The notes beneath the pieces were generated by a model that was not told the DNA's origin, ran no database searches, and saw only the letters and a list, made by a program, of their open reading frames with translations. DNA of 64,000 bases. It comes from a virus. Its lineage: Duplodnaviria; Caudoviricetes. The first letter of the stretch is position 1; the number at the start of each line of letters is the position of its first letter. The stretch is from the IMG/VR virus record IMGVR_UViG_3300044981_000214; one strand, given 5' to 3'. Shown one piece after another: positions 36,176-45,223 of the stretch. The position numbers were made by a program, and so were the translations under genes.

Positions 36176-36631
36176 CTAAGTAAAGTCCAGCAGATCAATG
36201 ACATCGGACCAGGCGGACAGGATTTCTTGGTCCATCAGGTTTGAGCATACGCTCGTAGAATGCGAAGGTCCGCGTGCCCGACGATTTACTTCATCCTGGG
36301 CATACTTGCGAAGGTGGGTAAGCGTATCAAAGACTTCACCCTTCGTAGTCGTCTTGGTTGCAATGGGCTTGGTGGCGTCTTCACCCGTGATAGCACGCAG
36401 CGCCAGATTAAATACACACAGTTTGGCAGCAGCACGAAACCTGCCATCAGCCCAAGTTAAAAGATTCGCTAAATCGCTTGGCGCTTTCGCTGCCTTAGAT
36501 AGCTCGTTAGTGAATTGCCAGATTTCGTTCTGTGCCTGATCACGCTGACGCACGAGAGTGTGGAAGATTGCGGTGAGACCTCGGACAGCATCGAGTTCGA
36601 TTTCATTCATGGTCATATTACTTTCATTCAT
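36176..36631 (-). CDS. hypothetical protein (start revised)
   Basis: ATG 8 nt after ACGTA; 21-bp duplication at the 5' end. Confidence 0.65.
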   Translation of the reverse strand: MNESNMTMNEIELDAVRGLTAIFHTLVRQRDQAQNEIWQFTNELSKAAKAPSDLANLLTWADGRFRAAAKLCVFNLALRAITGEDATKPIATKTTTKGEVFDTLTHLRKYAQDEVNRRARGPSHSTSVCSNLMDQEILSAWSDVIDLLDFT

Positions 36632-36665
36632 GGTCATATTACGTCTCAAGTCAGCCGACTATTTC
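36632..36665 (-). promoter_or_regulatory. GAAATA-N15-ACGTA promoter
   Basis: GAAATA GTCGGCTGACTTGAG ACGTA ATATGACC ATG. Confidence 0.75.
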
Positions 36666-37265
36666 ATTGGCTAAAGCACGCCATCGGCTAAGCGCCGATT
36701 CCGCAACCTTCATCCATAGTTGCGCCTCGCGGTCGTCGACAGCAGCCAGCGCACGGCGTTCAGCGGTAATAAAAATTTCCTCCAACCGGCGCGGATTAAC
36801 GTTCTCTACATTAGCTAGCTGACGTTTGGCCCAAGCTAGCCGTTTCTTAGTCAGTTTCTCATCGGCTTGAACAGGGCCGAATTCATTCTCAAACAACCGT
36901 GGCGGGCGCTTTGGGGATGTACGGACGCTTGTCGTAAATCGCGTCCAGATCTGCATCTCAGCATTCCACGTAGCGTAGCAGTAAGGATCAGCATTAATAG
37001 CGTCCTTTATTTGTTCTTCAATCTCGGCTTCAGTAAAGTCATTGCGTAGCTTGCGCCAATGAGCCCAATTACGGACTCGGCGGTCAACTAATGCGTATAG
37101 CATCGGATTAGCTAGATCGACGTAGGCTGATACGCTTAGTTTAGCCTCAAAACCGTTGACGTTGAATTTAATGCCTGTACCACTGGCAATATGTGGCAGG
37201 CTCCATTCAAAAGCCGTTACTGCATCAGGCCACCGTTCGCGCGCTTGTTGGATAGTGATAGGCAT
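36651..37265 (-). CDS. hypothetical protein
   Basis: 204-aa ORF. Confidence 0.65.
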   Translation of the reverse strand: MPITIQQARERWPDAVTAFEWSLPHIASGTGIKFNVNGFEAKLSVSAYVDLANPMLYALVDRRVRNWAHWRKLRNDFTEAEIEEQIKDAINADPYCYATWNAEMQIWTRFTTSVRTSPKRPPRLFENEFGPVQADEKLTKKRLAWAKRQLANVENVNPRRLEEIFITAERRALAAVDDREAQLWMKVAESALSRWRALANEIVG

Positions 37266-37277
37266 GAGAAAAACACG

Positions 37278-37646
37278 CTATTTCTTGCGTAGCGATGGAA
37301 CGTAAAATATTTCCTTCGTACAGGGGAAAACCAAGTGTTGCGTCCTCCATTGTTCAGCCCAAGCCGTAGCTGTCCTTGCTCTTTCTTCAGCACTGACTGC
37401 TGACGCTTTAGCTGTAGCAGCGTTACGAATTTGCCTCTCCTCAAAGACATCGATCGCTTCACGAGGTGACGCAAAGAAATCTCGCCCCAAAGCATTCGGT
37501 GGAAACTTGATATTTAGGCCACCACAGAAATAACTATCGAGTCTAAGTTGCTTGTCGGTGACGACGATCAGCGTTCGTTCTTGCAATGCGAAATCATCAT
37601 TACCGAATACAGACACGACGCAATATACTTTATCGCCTTTTTTCAT
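37278..37646 (-). CDS. hypothetical phage protein
   Basis: MKKGDKVY start. Confidence 0.6.
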   Translation of the reverse strand: MKKGDKVYCVVSVFGNDDFALQERTLIVVTDKQLRLDSYFCGGLNIKFPPNALGRDFFASPREAIDVFEERQIRNAATAKASAVSAEERARTATAWAEQWRTQHLVFPCTKEIFYVPSLRKK

Positions 37647-37649
37647 GCC

Positions 37650-37922
37650 TTAAGCCTCCAACTCTGTTTCAACCCACCAGCCCTCATAATGAGGCCTTAG
37701 AAAACCTTCACCCATGTGCCAGCGATAGAGTGCAGCACCTTTCTTGCGCTGCATGCCACGCTCGCTGAATTCATAGATATAATAGTTACGCCCTGATCGC
37801 TTGCGCGACACATACTTAGCGAACGCATCGAGAGTCTCGTCGTTCAGCGGGCGCAAACTCGTAATACGAGTGAGATTCTGTCCGCCTTCAACAACTACCG
37901 CAACCATGACTTCTTTGGCCAT
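37650..37922 (-). CDS. hypothetical protein
   Basis: promoter motif upstream. Confidence 0.6.
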   Translation of the reverse strand: MAKEVMVAVVVEGGQNLTRITSLRPLNDETLDAFAKYVSRKRSGRNYYIYEFSERGMQRKKGAALYRWHMGEGFLRPHYEGWWVETELEA

Positions 37923-37958
37923 TTGACGCCATAACGTGGACTATCTCTAGAATATTTC
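37923..37958 (-). promoter_or_regulatory. GAAATA-N15-ACGTT promoter
   Basis: GAAATA TTCTAGAGATAGTCC ACGTT ATGGCGTCAA ATG. Confidence 0.65.
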
Positions 37959-37960
37959 AT

Positions 37961-38269
37961 CTACATTTGGTTAGTTGGCACAACCACAACCCACTTACGC
38001 TCTCGATTATGCCAGTTCCACATGGGTCCATGTGGCCAGGCTGCCGGAGAGTGTTGATTGGGTATCTCAGACAGCCAAACACGTCCTCCAACGCCAGCAT
38101 CATTAGCCCACTTTACGGCAAACGTTCGGTCATCAGGAAGATCGTCTGGACCTAGTGTTGGCGCGACGTCACGGTCCCACATCACAACAGCGTCGTCACC
38201 GCCAATAGCAAACAATGCCGATATAAGATCGGTTTTTCCTGGCACTCCGTTCAAGTCAAACAGAATCAT
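37961..38269 (-). CDS. hypothetical protein
   Basis: ORF in - run. Confidence 0.55.
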   Translation of the reverse strand: MILFDLNGVPGKTDLISALFAIGGDDAVVMWDRDVAPTLGPDDLPDDRTFAVKWANDAGVGGRVWLSEIPNQHSPAAWPHGPMWNWHNRERKWVVVVPTNQM

Positions 38270-38565
38270 TCAGAACATACTTTCGTATGGATCGACGGCC
38301 ATCCAACGCACTCTGAAATCGTACCCGTTCGGTTCGTCGTCCATCCCTAGATAAGCTTCTGAGATATTGTAGATCTCGCAACTCTTGAGACCTTCATCAC
38401 TCCACCTCGAAGCCAACGCGTCCCCTAGAAGTGGGCCAGGACACAGGGCCTCAACTGCTTACCTAACAACGTGTAGAAATCAGGATTAGAGCAGTGCAGA
38501 TACGCTTCATGCTGACCGTCACTCTTTCGCTGCCATGAAATTACGTCGAATTCGAGCGATCTCAT
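38270..38565 (-). pseudogene. frameshifted ~98-aa gene
   Basis: MRSLEFDVISW...LLGK in one frame, AVEALCPG...YESMF* in the next; 296 nt. Confidence 0.5.
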
Positions 38566-39161
38566 GACAAGTCGCCCATCTGCCTACGGAGGTTATTAAC
38601 CGCAGTAGGGATTGGCTGCTTTGCGAGGTCGTTCAAGAAATCACGGACCTCGTCATCAGACAACGCGGACAATCGTTGATTCAGTTGTCCGACCACCCAC
38701 AGTGGCAGCGCGGCCTGAATAGCAAGAAAATGCACGAAGGCAGTCGAGTCGATTGCAGGCACAGCCACGGCCTCCTTGGGCATCATGCAAGTGACAGGGA
38801 TGCCTGATGCAGCGACGTTGTCGCAAATGCAAGGAGGCACAGGCGCGATTGGATCGGTAACCGGAACCCAACCGTCATTAGGCGCCCCAGGCACTGCAAG
38901 GCGCTCCGGCTGATACTTGAGGCCAAACTTCCTACTACCGAGCCTATCAAGACGGATACGAACCTGATGCTTGCTCGCCAGTGTACCGGTGCGCATAGGA
39001 AAACCGTGATTCATGACTACGCGTACGCAAAAGGCGTACGACCCGTCAATCCGAATGACTTCCAGGTGCCGTCCAGCCTCCCGCTTATCCATGTCAGCGT
39101 AAACCTGACCGACAACAACGGGATTACGCACCGATCGGGGATTTTCCTTGTTGTTCACCAT
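38562..39161 (-). CDS. hypothetical phage protein (start revised)
   Basis: VGQVYADMDKR...RIRLDRL; ATG 8 nt after GCGTA. Confidence 0.7.
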   Translation of the reverse strand: MVNNKENPRSVRNPVVVGQVYADMDKREAGRHLEVIRIDGSYAFCVRVVMNHGFPMRTGTLASKHQVRIRLDRLGSRKFGLKYQPERLAVPGAPNDGWVPVTDPIAPVPPCICDNVAASGIPVTCMMPKEAVAVPAIDSTAFVHFLAIQAALPLWVVGQLNQRLSALSDDEVRDFLNDLAKQPIPTAVNNLRRQMGDLS

Positions 39162-39195
39162 ATTAGTCATACGCTTTAGTCGACCTTGTTATTTC
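39162..39195 (-). promoter_or_regulatory. GAAATA-N15-GCGTA promoter
   Basis: GAAATA ACAAGGTCGACTAAA GCGTA TGACTAAT ATG. Confidence 0.75.
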
Positions 39196-39205
39196 TTTGA
39201 TTAGT

Positions 39206-39313
39206 TCAAGCCTTGGCAGAGTCGGAGTTATAACCCCATGGCGCCCAAGCATATAGCGTCATGAGGTAAGAACGCACCATGAACACAGCGAGATTATCGA
39301 TGTTTTCGAACAT
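39206..39313 (-). CDS. 35-aa leaderless peptide (not in ORF track)
   Basis: MFENIDNLAVFMVRSYLMTLYAWAPWGYNSDSAKA behind its own promoter. Confidence 0.55.
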   Translation of the reverse strand: MFENIDNLAVFMVRSYLMTLYAWAPWGYNSDSAKA

Positions 39314-39347
39314 GCTCTATATACGCATAGGTTAACGGGAGTATTTC
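39314..39347 (-). promoter_or_regulatory. GAAATA-N15-GCGTA promoter
   Basis: GAAATA CTCCCGTTAACCTAT GCGTA TATAGAGC ATG. Confidence 0.75.
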
Positions 39348-39667
39348 TAGTAATCGCGTACTACATTGTCGCTGTCGAATCCACCCTCAAACGTCCATAA
39401 GTACTTGCCTTCGGCCTTGCTAATCCAATCTCCAAGATCTTGATTTTTAGCTAGTCCGTCTTTGTAGTGCTGCAAGTGTAAGCTATGACACGGTGCCATC
39501 GGTGCCCTGACAACACGGTCGTACATATCAACGTCCAGTTTGATAGTCGCCCACCAGACTTTCTTGCCTAGCACTGTTCGCACACGGAAATAGTCTGACA
39601 CATATTGCTGAAACGCCTTTGGAGTATTGGCTAATTGGCCAGAATCCACAATCATGACTTTAGCCAT
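39347..39667 (-). CDS. hypothetical protein
   Basis: ORF in - run. Confidence 0.55.
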   Translation of the reverse strand: MAKVMIVDSGQLANTPKAFQQYVSDYFRVRTVLGKKVWWATIKLDVDMYDRVVRAPMAPCHSLHLQHYKDGLAKNQDLGDWISKAEGKYLWTFEGGFDSDNVVRDY

Positions 39668-39687
39668 CGATTAGGTGTCCTTCTTTG

Positions 39688-40083
39688 TCAGCACGGACAA
39701 TAGTTGAGGGCCAACGACCGGCGATCACGGTCTGATAACAAATATGGATTGAGTAGAATTGCCAACTTCCATCCTGGGTGACACCACGGGCAACTTTCGT
39801 GTTCGTGATCAGGGTGGTTGTACAGACACATCTCGTTGCCATCTTCGCGACACTCGTGCTTCCACCGACCACAGCCGTGGTCGCATAGCTTACGCTCATC
39901 GTGAGGCCATGTGACAGTTACTTCGTGCTCGCCTTCATCACCACGAAGAAATTTCTCGGTATGGAGCCCGACATGTCCTAGCGGAAGCTGACAGCGCATA
40001 GTGGCTGACCCATCACCATAATTGTCGGCAATCCACATACGAGCATTACAATTCCCTACTGTATCTTTAGGTTCGCCGAACAT
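39688..40083 (-). CDS. Cys/His-rich phage protein
   Basis: CNAR..IADNYGD..ATMRCQL..GH.G.H. Confidence 0.65.
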   Translation of the reverse strand: MFGEPKDTVGNCNARMWIADNYGDGSATMRCQLPLGHVGLHTEKFLRGDEGEHEVTVTWPHDERKLCDHGCGRWKHECREDGNEMCLYNHPDHEHESCPWCHPGWKLAILLNPYLLSDRDRRSLALNYCPC

Positions 40084-40086
40084 TTC

Positions 40087-40272
40087 TTAGTCCTTACAGC
40101 TACAACCACAACCGGATACACAACACGGCATGTGCGCCTGTGCATGCCCAAAGTTAGTCCTGTAGATTTGGCTGCAGTACATACAGAGCCATTCAGCACC
40201 CAATGCCTTAGCGATTTCGTCGCGAGAAATAACCGGTGGACGCTTGATATTGATCACTTTGATTATCTTCAT
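40087..40272 (-). CDS. small Cys-rich protein
   Basis: coupled. Confidence 0.5.
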   Translation of the reverse strand: MKIIKVINIKRPPVISRDEIAKALGAEWLCMYCSQIYRTNFGHAQAHMPCCVSGCGCSCKD

Positions 40273-40508
40273 GGGTAGAAGTAACGAAATACTTTCTCGC
40301 CCTCTCGTGTGACACGCAACGTAGAATCAGGGTCAATTTCAATTGTACCGTTGCTCCACAATTCCCAAATAGCGTCCTCGACGGATTTGCGCGGAAGGGC
40401 TAATAGCTCGACAATCCGGCTAGTACGCGAGCCAGGATTTTTCTTGATGACCGCTAACGCTTGTCCTTGGATAGCGTCCATTTTATTTACAATCTCGACC
40501 ATCTTCAT
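40269..40508 (-). CDS. winged-helix DNA-binding protein
   Basis: IKKNPG..IVELL..VEDAIWELWSNGTI..VTREG. Confidence 0.65.
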   Translation of the reverse strand: MKMVEIVNKMDAIQGQALAVIKKNPGSRTSRIVELLALPRKSVEDAIWELWSNGTIEIDPDSTLRVTREGEKVFRYFYP

Positions 40509-40917
40509 GTTCGGTCGTCATGCCTAGATACGCACGCCGGCCACAAATGAGACATGTATGCGGAAATCGATCATTGGCCTTGGTTACCTGAACGACCTCT
40601 GATGCATTAGCCCGTGGAAGCTGAACCATAAAGCCATGACAATCTTCAAATATCGTATCTATGTCAGACTCCTCCAACAACGGGCTTCCATCGTCATTAT
40701 GAACCGTACTCTTTACGGACCAATAGGTACCGCTATGTGTAATAGAATCAATCCTCACTTTGTAGTCTCGATAAGGCTCTGCGTACTTATACCAATCATG
40801 CACACAGCCTAATAGGATATCACCCGTGCGCAGATCGCCTGGTTTAACGCGCTCCCAAGTAACGCTTTCTCCGTTGATGCGCGTAAAGCTCCCAGTGAAC
40901 GGTCCTAAATAAGTCAT
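40483..40917 (-). CDS. hypothetical protein
   Basis: DLRTGDI; FPHTCLICGRRAY. Confidence 0.6.
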   Translation of the reverse strand: MTYLGPFTGSFTRINGESVTWERVKPGDLRTGDILLGCVHDWYKYAEPYRDYKVRIDSITHSGTYWSVKSTVHNDDGSPLLEESDIDTIFEDCHGFMVQLPRANASEVVQVTKANDRFPHTCLICGRRAYLGMTTEHEDGRDCK

Positions 40918-40920
40918 ATC

Positions 40921-41136
40921 TTAAGCTCCTATCATCTCGCCGTTTTCATCCACAGCCATAACACACCCGTGACCCTCGATGTCGGCTACTACCAACGCGA
41001 CATGATGCCCTTGATAGTGTAGCCATTGAGCAAACTTGGCTGCCCAAATACCTTGTGCACGATTGCTTACTAGCTTATTAGAATCCAGATTTCCATACAC
41101 GCAACCAGCTGTGACTAGGATCTTTTTCTTGCTCAT
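40921..41136 (-). pseudogene. N-terminal fragment of a CoaB/Dfp-like protein
   Basis: KILVTAG.VYG.LD..KLVSNRAQG..A..FA....G..V matches the CoaB N-terminus; only 71 aa. Confidence 0.6.
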
Positions 41137-41307
41137 TAACTATTTCTCTCTACCCAATTCTTCAGGTAATCCGCCATCCTCAGAATTTCGTCTGCTGTAA
41201 ATGCGCCTGCAGCGCTGACGATAAACTTCTCGTCGTAAAGGTAGGTTTCGAAAACGAATCCAGGCCCTTTGATAACGGGCCCTGCTTTCATTACTTTCTC
41301 ATCCATC

Positions 41308-41514
41308 TTACTCATCGAGTTTGACCGCTTCCTTGAGTTGTACTTCGCCGTCTAATTCGTCTGCCGACCATTCCTCTTCTCTAGCATTGGAACAGTAATT
41401 ACAGAGCCTCATCACAGGACAGTCAATAGCCTTCTCTAGGGCTTCCTCCTCCGTCTCTGCCTCGACATCTACAGATACAGAAATGGTCATCTCGCCACTA
41501 ACACGGAAACGCAT
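41308..41514 (-). CDS. small acidic phage protein
   Basis: VEAETEEEALEKA motif. Confidence 0.6.
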   Translation of the reverse strand: MRFRVSGEMTISVSVDVEAETEEEALEKAIDCPVMRLCNYCSNAREEEWSADELDGEVQLKEAVKLDE

Positions 41515-41523
41515 AAATATTCG

Positions 41524-42168
41524 TTACCCCTTCAGTAATTTGATCGCTAGATCTCGTTGCCCGACTGACCAAGCTGCCTCAAAGGCGTTACGGATATCAT
41601 TACCGCGGTGCTGTCGGTTGGTCAGGTCCTTGAAGCGCCAGTTAAGCTCGCTACGATGGATTTTCTCACCGTCCAGATTAGCTATAGCTAACGTCTTGAA
41701 TTCCTCAAGTGTAGTTATACCAAAGACGTAATTCCGTAGTTCAGTTAACCTGGGCAACATGCCGACGATGACAACTAGAATACCAAAATTAGACAGCCCA
41801 AGATTACTAGAATACTTGAATTCATCTAGACTCGTCCTACGCGCCTTCAGCGCACGTTGATATAAGTCTCTATGTCCGGGACGGTTAGCGCCTCTTACTA
41901 CAGCTTTGGGTCCGTCTGAGAAGTCCCGAATAATTTGACTACAACCTAACATGTGCGAGTTGAGTTCCTGAGCCGTATATGGCCAGTCTTTGTCGATCCC
42001 AAAGCTCTTAGCGTATTCATATTCCAGATCGACAATATCAGCGATAAATCCTGCAGCGTTCCGCAAATCCTTGAACTCTTGCGTAAGACTCTCGACCATT
42101 TTTGTGACACGTTTGACTTCTTCCTCGACGACCCAGCTGGCAAGGCGGTTGTAATACTTGTGGCTCAT
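41524..42168 (-). CDS. hypothetical protein with C-terminal ELLxALQA-like module
   Basis: ends NDIRNAFEAAWSVGQRDLAIKLL. Confidence 0.65.
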   Translation of the reverse strand: MSHKYYNRLASWVVEEEVKRVTKMVESLTQEFKDLRNAAGFIADIVDLEYEYAKSFGIDKDWPYTAQELNSHMLGCSQIIRDFSDGPKAVVRGANRPGHRDLYQRALKARRTSLDEFKYSSNLGLSNFGILVVIVGMLPRLTELRNYVFGITTLEEFKTLAIANLDGEKIHRSELNWRFKDLTNRQHRGNDIRNAFEAAWSVGQRDLAIKLLKG

Positions 42169-42213
42169 TAGAGCCAATGTACTTGGCACGAAACAATAAC
42201 CCAAGTCAAGGCC

Positions 42214-42591
42214 TTAGTTCGGCAATTTATCCTTCACGTTGCCGCGTTTTGGATCAGCAGGTGTTTTTGGTGCTCCCTCACCCGACACGTCTTCACCTGG
42301 ATATGGAATTTTTAATTGCCAACCTGCTATGAACTTTTCATGAGGCACTGTAAGTGTCACCATACAGGTCTTACATTTGATGACTAAGTATGTATGTCCT
42401 GCTGTATCGGTTGGACACGACCATGAAAGATTGTGTACTTTACACTGACAGATCGGGCCGTCCATATGTATGACGACATTTTCGAAGGGCATCTTACGTC
42501 TGAGCCTATTATGTAAGAATTCGAATAGCTTGAACAAGAAATATTTCAAGCTTAGTTTCGATCTAGAATCGAGTGTCTTGCCGGTCTTCAA
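42214..42591 (-). CDS. zinc-ribbon protein
   Basis: CQC...CKTC. Confidence 0.55.
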   Translation of the reverse strand: MKTGKTLDSRSKLSLKYFLFKLFEFLHNRLRRKMPFENVVIHMDGPICQCKVHNLSWSCPTDTAGHTYLVIKCKTCMVTLTVPHEKFIAGWQLKIPYPGEDVSGEGAPKTPADPKRGNVKDKLPN

Positions 42592-42747
42592 CTACCCCTA
42601 GCATACGCTCGACCCAATCACATGGACGCCGTCGTTGTATTCTACGTAAAGCCCATCCGGACCCTTCAAAGCCAGAGAACGCCCACGTGCAAAGGATACG
42701 CATATAGACCTCACGTGCTGAGCACCGCGCCTGATCTAGCCTGGTAA

Positions 42748-43164
42748 TTACGCGCCAAACCCGTTCTTCCATAACAAACTCCTAACAACTTGATTTTGAA
42801 GATACGGGTGAGGGTGAGCTGTCCCCTTTGCCCAACAGTCTATTGTTGATTCAGCTACTTCAAATTCTTCGGCTAAAGATCGATTAAACCCTTCAGGGAA
42901 TACTGATCTAGCTGCAATTAGGATCGTATCAAATCCGAAAGTCCGCCCTGAATGTAACCAATCAATGCACTGACGGGCGAAGTCTGTAAGGACGTCCATA
43001 CGTGAATTACATGGGTCACCTGCCGAACGTGTAAAGCCGCCCTCCTCACGAGGAATCGTACAGACCTGTCGAGCCAATACCCTGCCGGTAGCATCAACTT
43101 CGACGTCTCGAATTTCTACATTTCGACACGTATCGTCGATGCACATCAATCTGACATTAGGCAT
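42748..43164 (-). CDS. zinc ribbon plus XRE-type HTH
   Basis: LAEEFEVAESTIDCWAKGTAHP. Confidence 0.65.
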   Translation of the reverse strand: MPNVRLMCIDDTCRNVEIRDVEVDATGRVLARQVCTIPREEGGFTRSAGDPCNSRMDVLTDFARQCIDWLHSGRTFGFDTILIAARSVFPEGFNRSLAEEFEVAESTIDCWAKGTAHPHPYLQNQVVRSLLWKNGFGA

Positions 43165-43287
43165 AACTTTATTGTACTTGGACCTTATAGCACTTGATAC
43201 AGCGTCGTGTGGTGCCATCCTCAAACGAGCCTCCGTAACGCCATGGACCCCATTTGTGACGGCACCTTTTCTTAACCTGTTTAGGTT

Positions 43288-43482
43288 TCAGCTTGGACAT
43301 TTTAGGCTTACCTTGACACACTTACAGACGCGTTTGCCTGTTCCTCGACAATGCGGACAGGTAAGTTCCAGTTGTTCGCCACAATTGTAGTCATAGTAGG
43401 TTCCCGATCCCCCACAAAAACAGCCGTATTGACGGATAAATTTTAAGGTTTCATCGTCGTCGGGTAACGGTGGACTTCTCAT
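43288..43482 (-). CDS. DnaJ-type zinc-finger miniprotein
   Basis: CFCGGSG..CPHCRGTG. Confidence 0.55.
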   Translation of the reverse strand: MRSPPLPDDDETLKFIRQYGCFCGGSGTYYDYNCGEQLELTCPHCRGTGKRVCKCVKVSLKCPS

Positions 43483-43733
43483 TTCTGCTTAAACCCTATT
43501 CTTTGAGACGGCATTTTCTTGGCTCCGTAGACTTCGGCTATCGTCCAAGTGTTACCGTGTTCGTCAACAATCACGTTGTTCTTCTTAGCAATATCTGACT
43601 TGATCCAAATGATGTCAAAGTAATAGCCGGCAGGGAAGCGCATGCCTAGGAGTATTTTCTCCTCTGACGGACGTCGAATTTCACACTGGCGGTAAAGCTC
43701 AAAATTAGTATCGTCTACAAAAACTTCAGGCAT
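43479..43733 (-). CDS. hypothetical protein
   Basis: coupled. Confidence 0.55.
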   Translation of the reverse strand: MPEVFVDDTNFELYRQCEIRRPSEEKILLGMRFPAGYYFDIIWIKSDIAKKNNVIVDEHGNTWTIAEVYGAKKMPSQRIGFKQK

Positions 43734-43781
43734 TTAGTTGTGGTGCAGGCTACGATCTTTGTGGAAATCTCTTTGTGGAAA

Positions 43782-44054
43782 TCATGCAATAGTCTCTTCG
43801 TCCTTTTCCTGAAACCAAGGGCATGAGAAACAAGGTACAGGCTCTTTGTTGTCGTACCGCGTGTATTTGTGCAAGCAGCTTGCACAAGATCGATATTCGC
43901 TAGTACCGAACACGTAGTTTTCGCAACGCTTCTCCATGTCTCGGTCGCACACTTCATTATGAATGCACTTCGAGCAGTCACTCTCCTTGTCTATCTCGCG
44001 CTTGAAATCGAGAACGCCGTTTGGACCGCGACCATATAACCAGTGCGTCTTCAT
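43782..44054 (-). CDS. Cys-rich protein
   Basis: CSKC.H..VC, CASC.H. Confidence 0.6.
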   Translation of the reverse strand: MKTHWLYGRGPNGVLDFKREIDKESDCSKCIHNEVCDRDMEKRCENYVFGTSEYRSCASCLHKYTRYDNKEPVPCFSCPWFQEKDEETIA

Positions 44055-44725
44055 AGATTCTTTTCTGCCGCCTCTCGTACCTCACGGCGCTTACGTGCAG
44101 CATCAGAGGCTGCAAAGAATGCCTGATGACTCTCGCGTGTCGTCCAGGTCCTAGGCTTGACTACGCCCAGTTGCTTCATACAGAGCATAATAGTCGTCCA
44201 TAGGCGCTTATCTTCAGCGATTTCCGCTGACCATCTACAAGGGTTCTTGCAGTGATAGTCGAAAATCAAGTTCTCGGGAAATCCCTCGAAATAGCATTTG
44301 GCCAGTTCATTGCCAGTATAGTCTGGCTCAAGTGGTGGTGTCGTGTGGAATAGGTACGGGAACAAATCGTGCTCGATTGGCTCGTCGCTCACAACGGATA
44401 GTTTCCAGTTGTAGTAGTTATCGCGCAGGATAAATCGAATGTTCTTATCAGGCCGCTCCAATGAGTAAACAGGCAAGCGAACGCTCTTTGAACGGTGCTC
44501 GCTGATCACCCATGCAGTCAGGCGGCAGCCCTTGCGCGGAGGAGGTTCGCGAGGCAAGTCATCATAGAGCGTATCGGCCCAAAGTAGGCCTGATAACGTA
44601 TCACGTACGAAGTGAACCTGAGGCAGTTGTGCACGCTTATTCGCATCACGCCCTACGTAAATCAGGTCCGTATCCTCATGTTCCTTCAACCACTCGTCGT
44701 ACCAAGCTTGCAGCGCTACACGCAT
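44051..44725 (-). CDS. hypothetical phage protein
   Basis: H.SKSVRLPVY, RDNYYNWKLSV, CYFEGFP. Confidence 0.7.
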   Translation of the reverse strand: MRVALQAWYDEWLKEHEDTDLIYVGRDANKRAQLPQVHFVRDTLSGLLWADTLYDDLPREPPPRKGCRLTAWVISEHRSKSVRLPVYSLERPDKNIRFILRDNYYNWKLSVVSDEPIEHDLFPYLFHTTPPLEPDYTGNELAKCYFEGFPENLIFDYHCKNPCRWSAEIAEDKRLWTTIMLCMKQLGVVKPRTWTTRESHQAFFAASDAARKRREVREAAEKNL

Positions 44726-44732
44726 TTCCCTC

Positions 44733-44948
44733 TTAGCCTTTCAAGAAATATGATTCGAATACAAAGTCTAGGCGTTCGGGATCAGGTAGACATTCCCGCA
44801 ACACTGCTGTACGCCAGAACCGCGGTGCCAAAGGCTCATCATGGCTTTGTAGCCAGAATGCGAACCGTTCGACTGAATCTGTGGTGGTTCCCAGTAGCAT
44901 ATCAGCGACGCCTAGTGGCGGAATGGATGTGTCGGTTAGAACTAGCAT
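44733..44948 (-). CDS. hypothetical protein
   Basis: ORF in - run. Confidence 0.45.
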   Translation of the reverse strand: MLVLTDTSIPPLGVADMLLGTTTDSVERFAFWLQSHDEPLAPRFWRTAVLRECLPDPERLDFVFESYFLKG

Positions 44949-44951
44949 TGA

Positions 44952-45221
44952 CTACCTTTTCGTCTTGTAAACGTCCCATGGAATCGTTGCGCCTGTAGGC
45001 AACGCGGCCATGATACGTACACGACAGTTGTCACACCACTGATGCACCCACTTCATGGTGGATGCGATACATGTACCGCAGCCAGAACAGTGCGTATGCT
45101 TGGCGTGATCCACCATGAGTTCACGCATAGTCTCGCAACACGGATCTAGCCGAACCGACGGTCCTCCTGGCTTATGCCCATAAATCGGGTCGTTGTAGAG
45201 ATCGTCTGGCACTTTGAACAT
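44952..45221 (-). CDS. zinc-finger protein
   Basis: CSGCG..WCDNC. Confidence 0.55.
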   Translation of the reverse strand: MFKVPDDLYNDPIYGHKPGGPSVRLDPCCETMRELMVDHAKHTHCSGCGTCIASTMKWVHQWCDNCRVRIMAALPTGATIPWDVYKTKR

Positions 45222-45223
45222 TT

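Noticed and set aside
33990-39347. Integron-like attC cassette array
   Set aside because: The repeated element has two short boxes with a fixed-length variable spacer, is not palindromic and has no RYYYAAC/GTTRRRY ends. It fits a promoter better. Neither recombinase shows an evident IntI-specific insertion.
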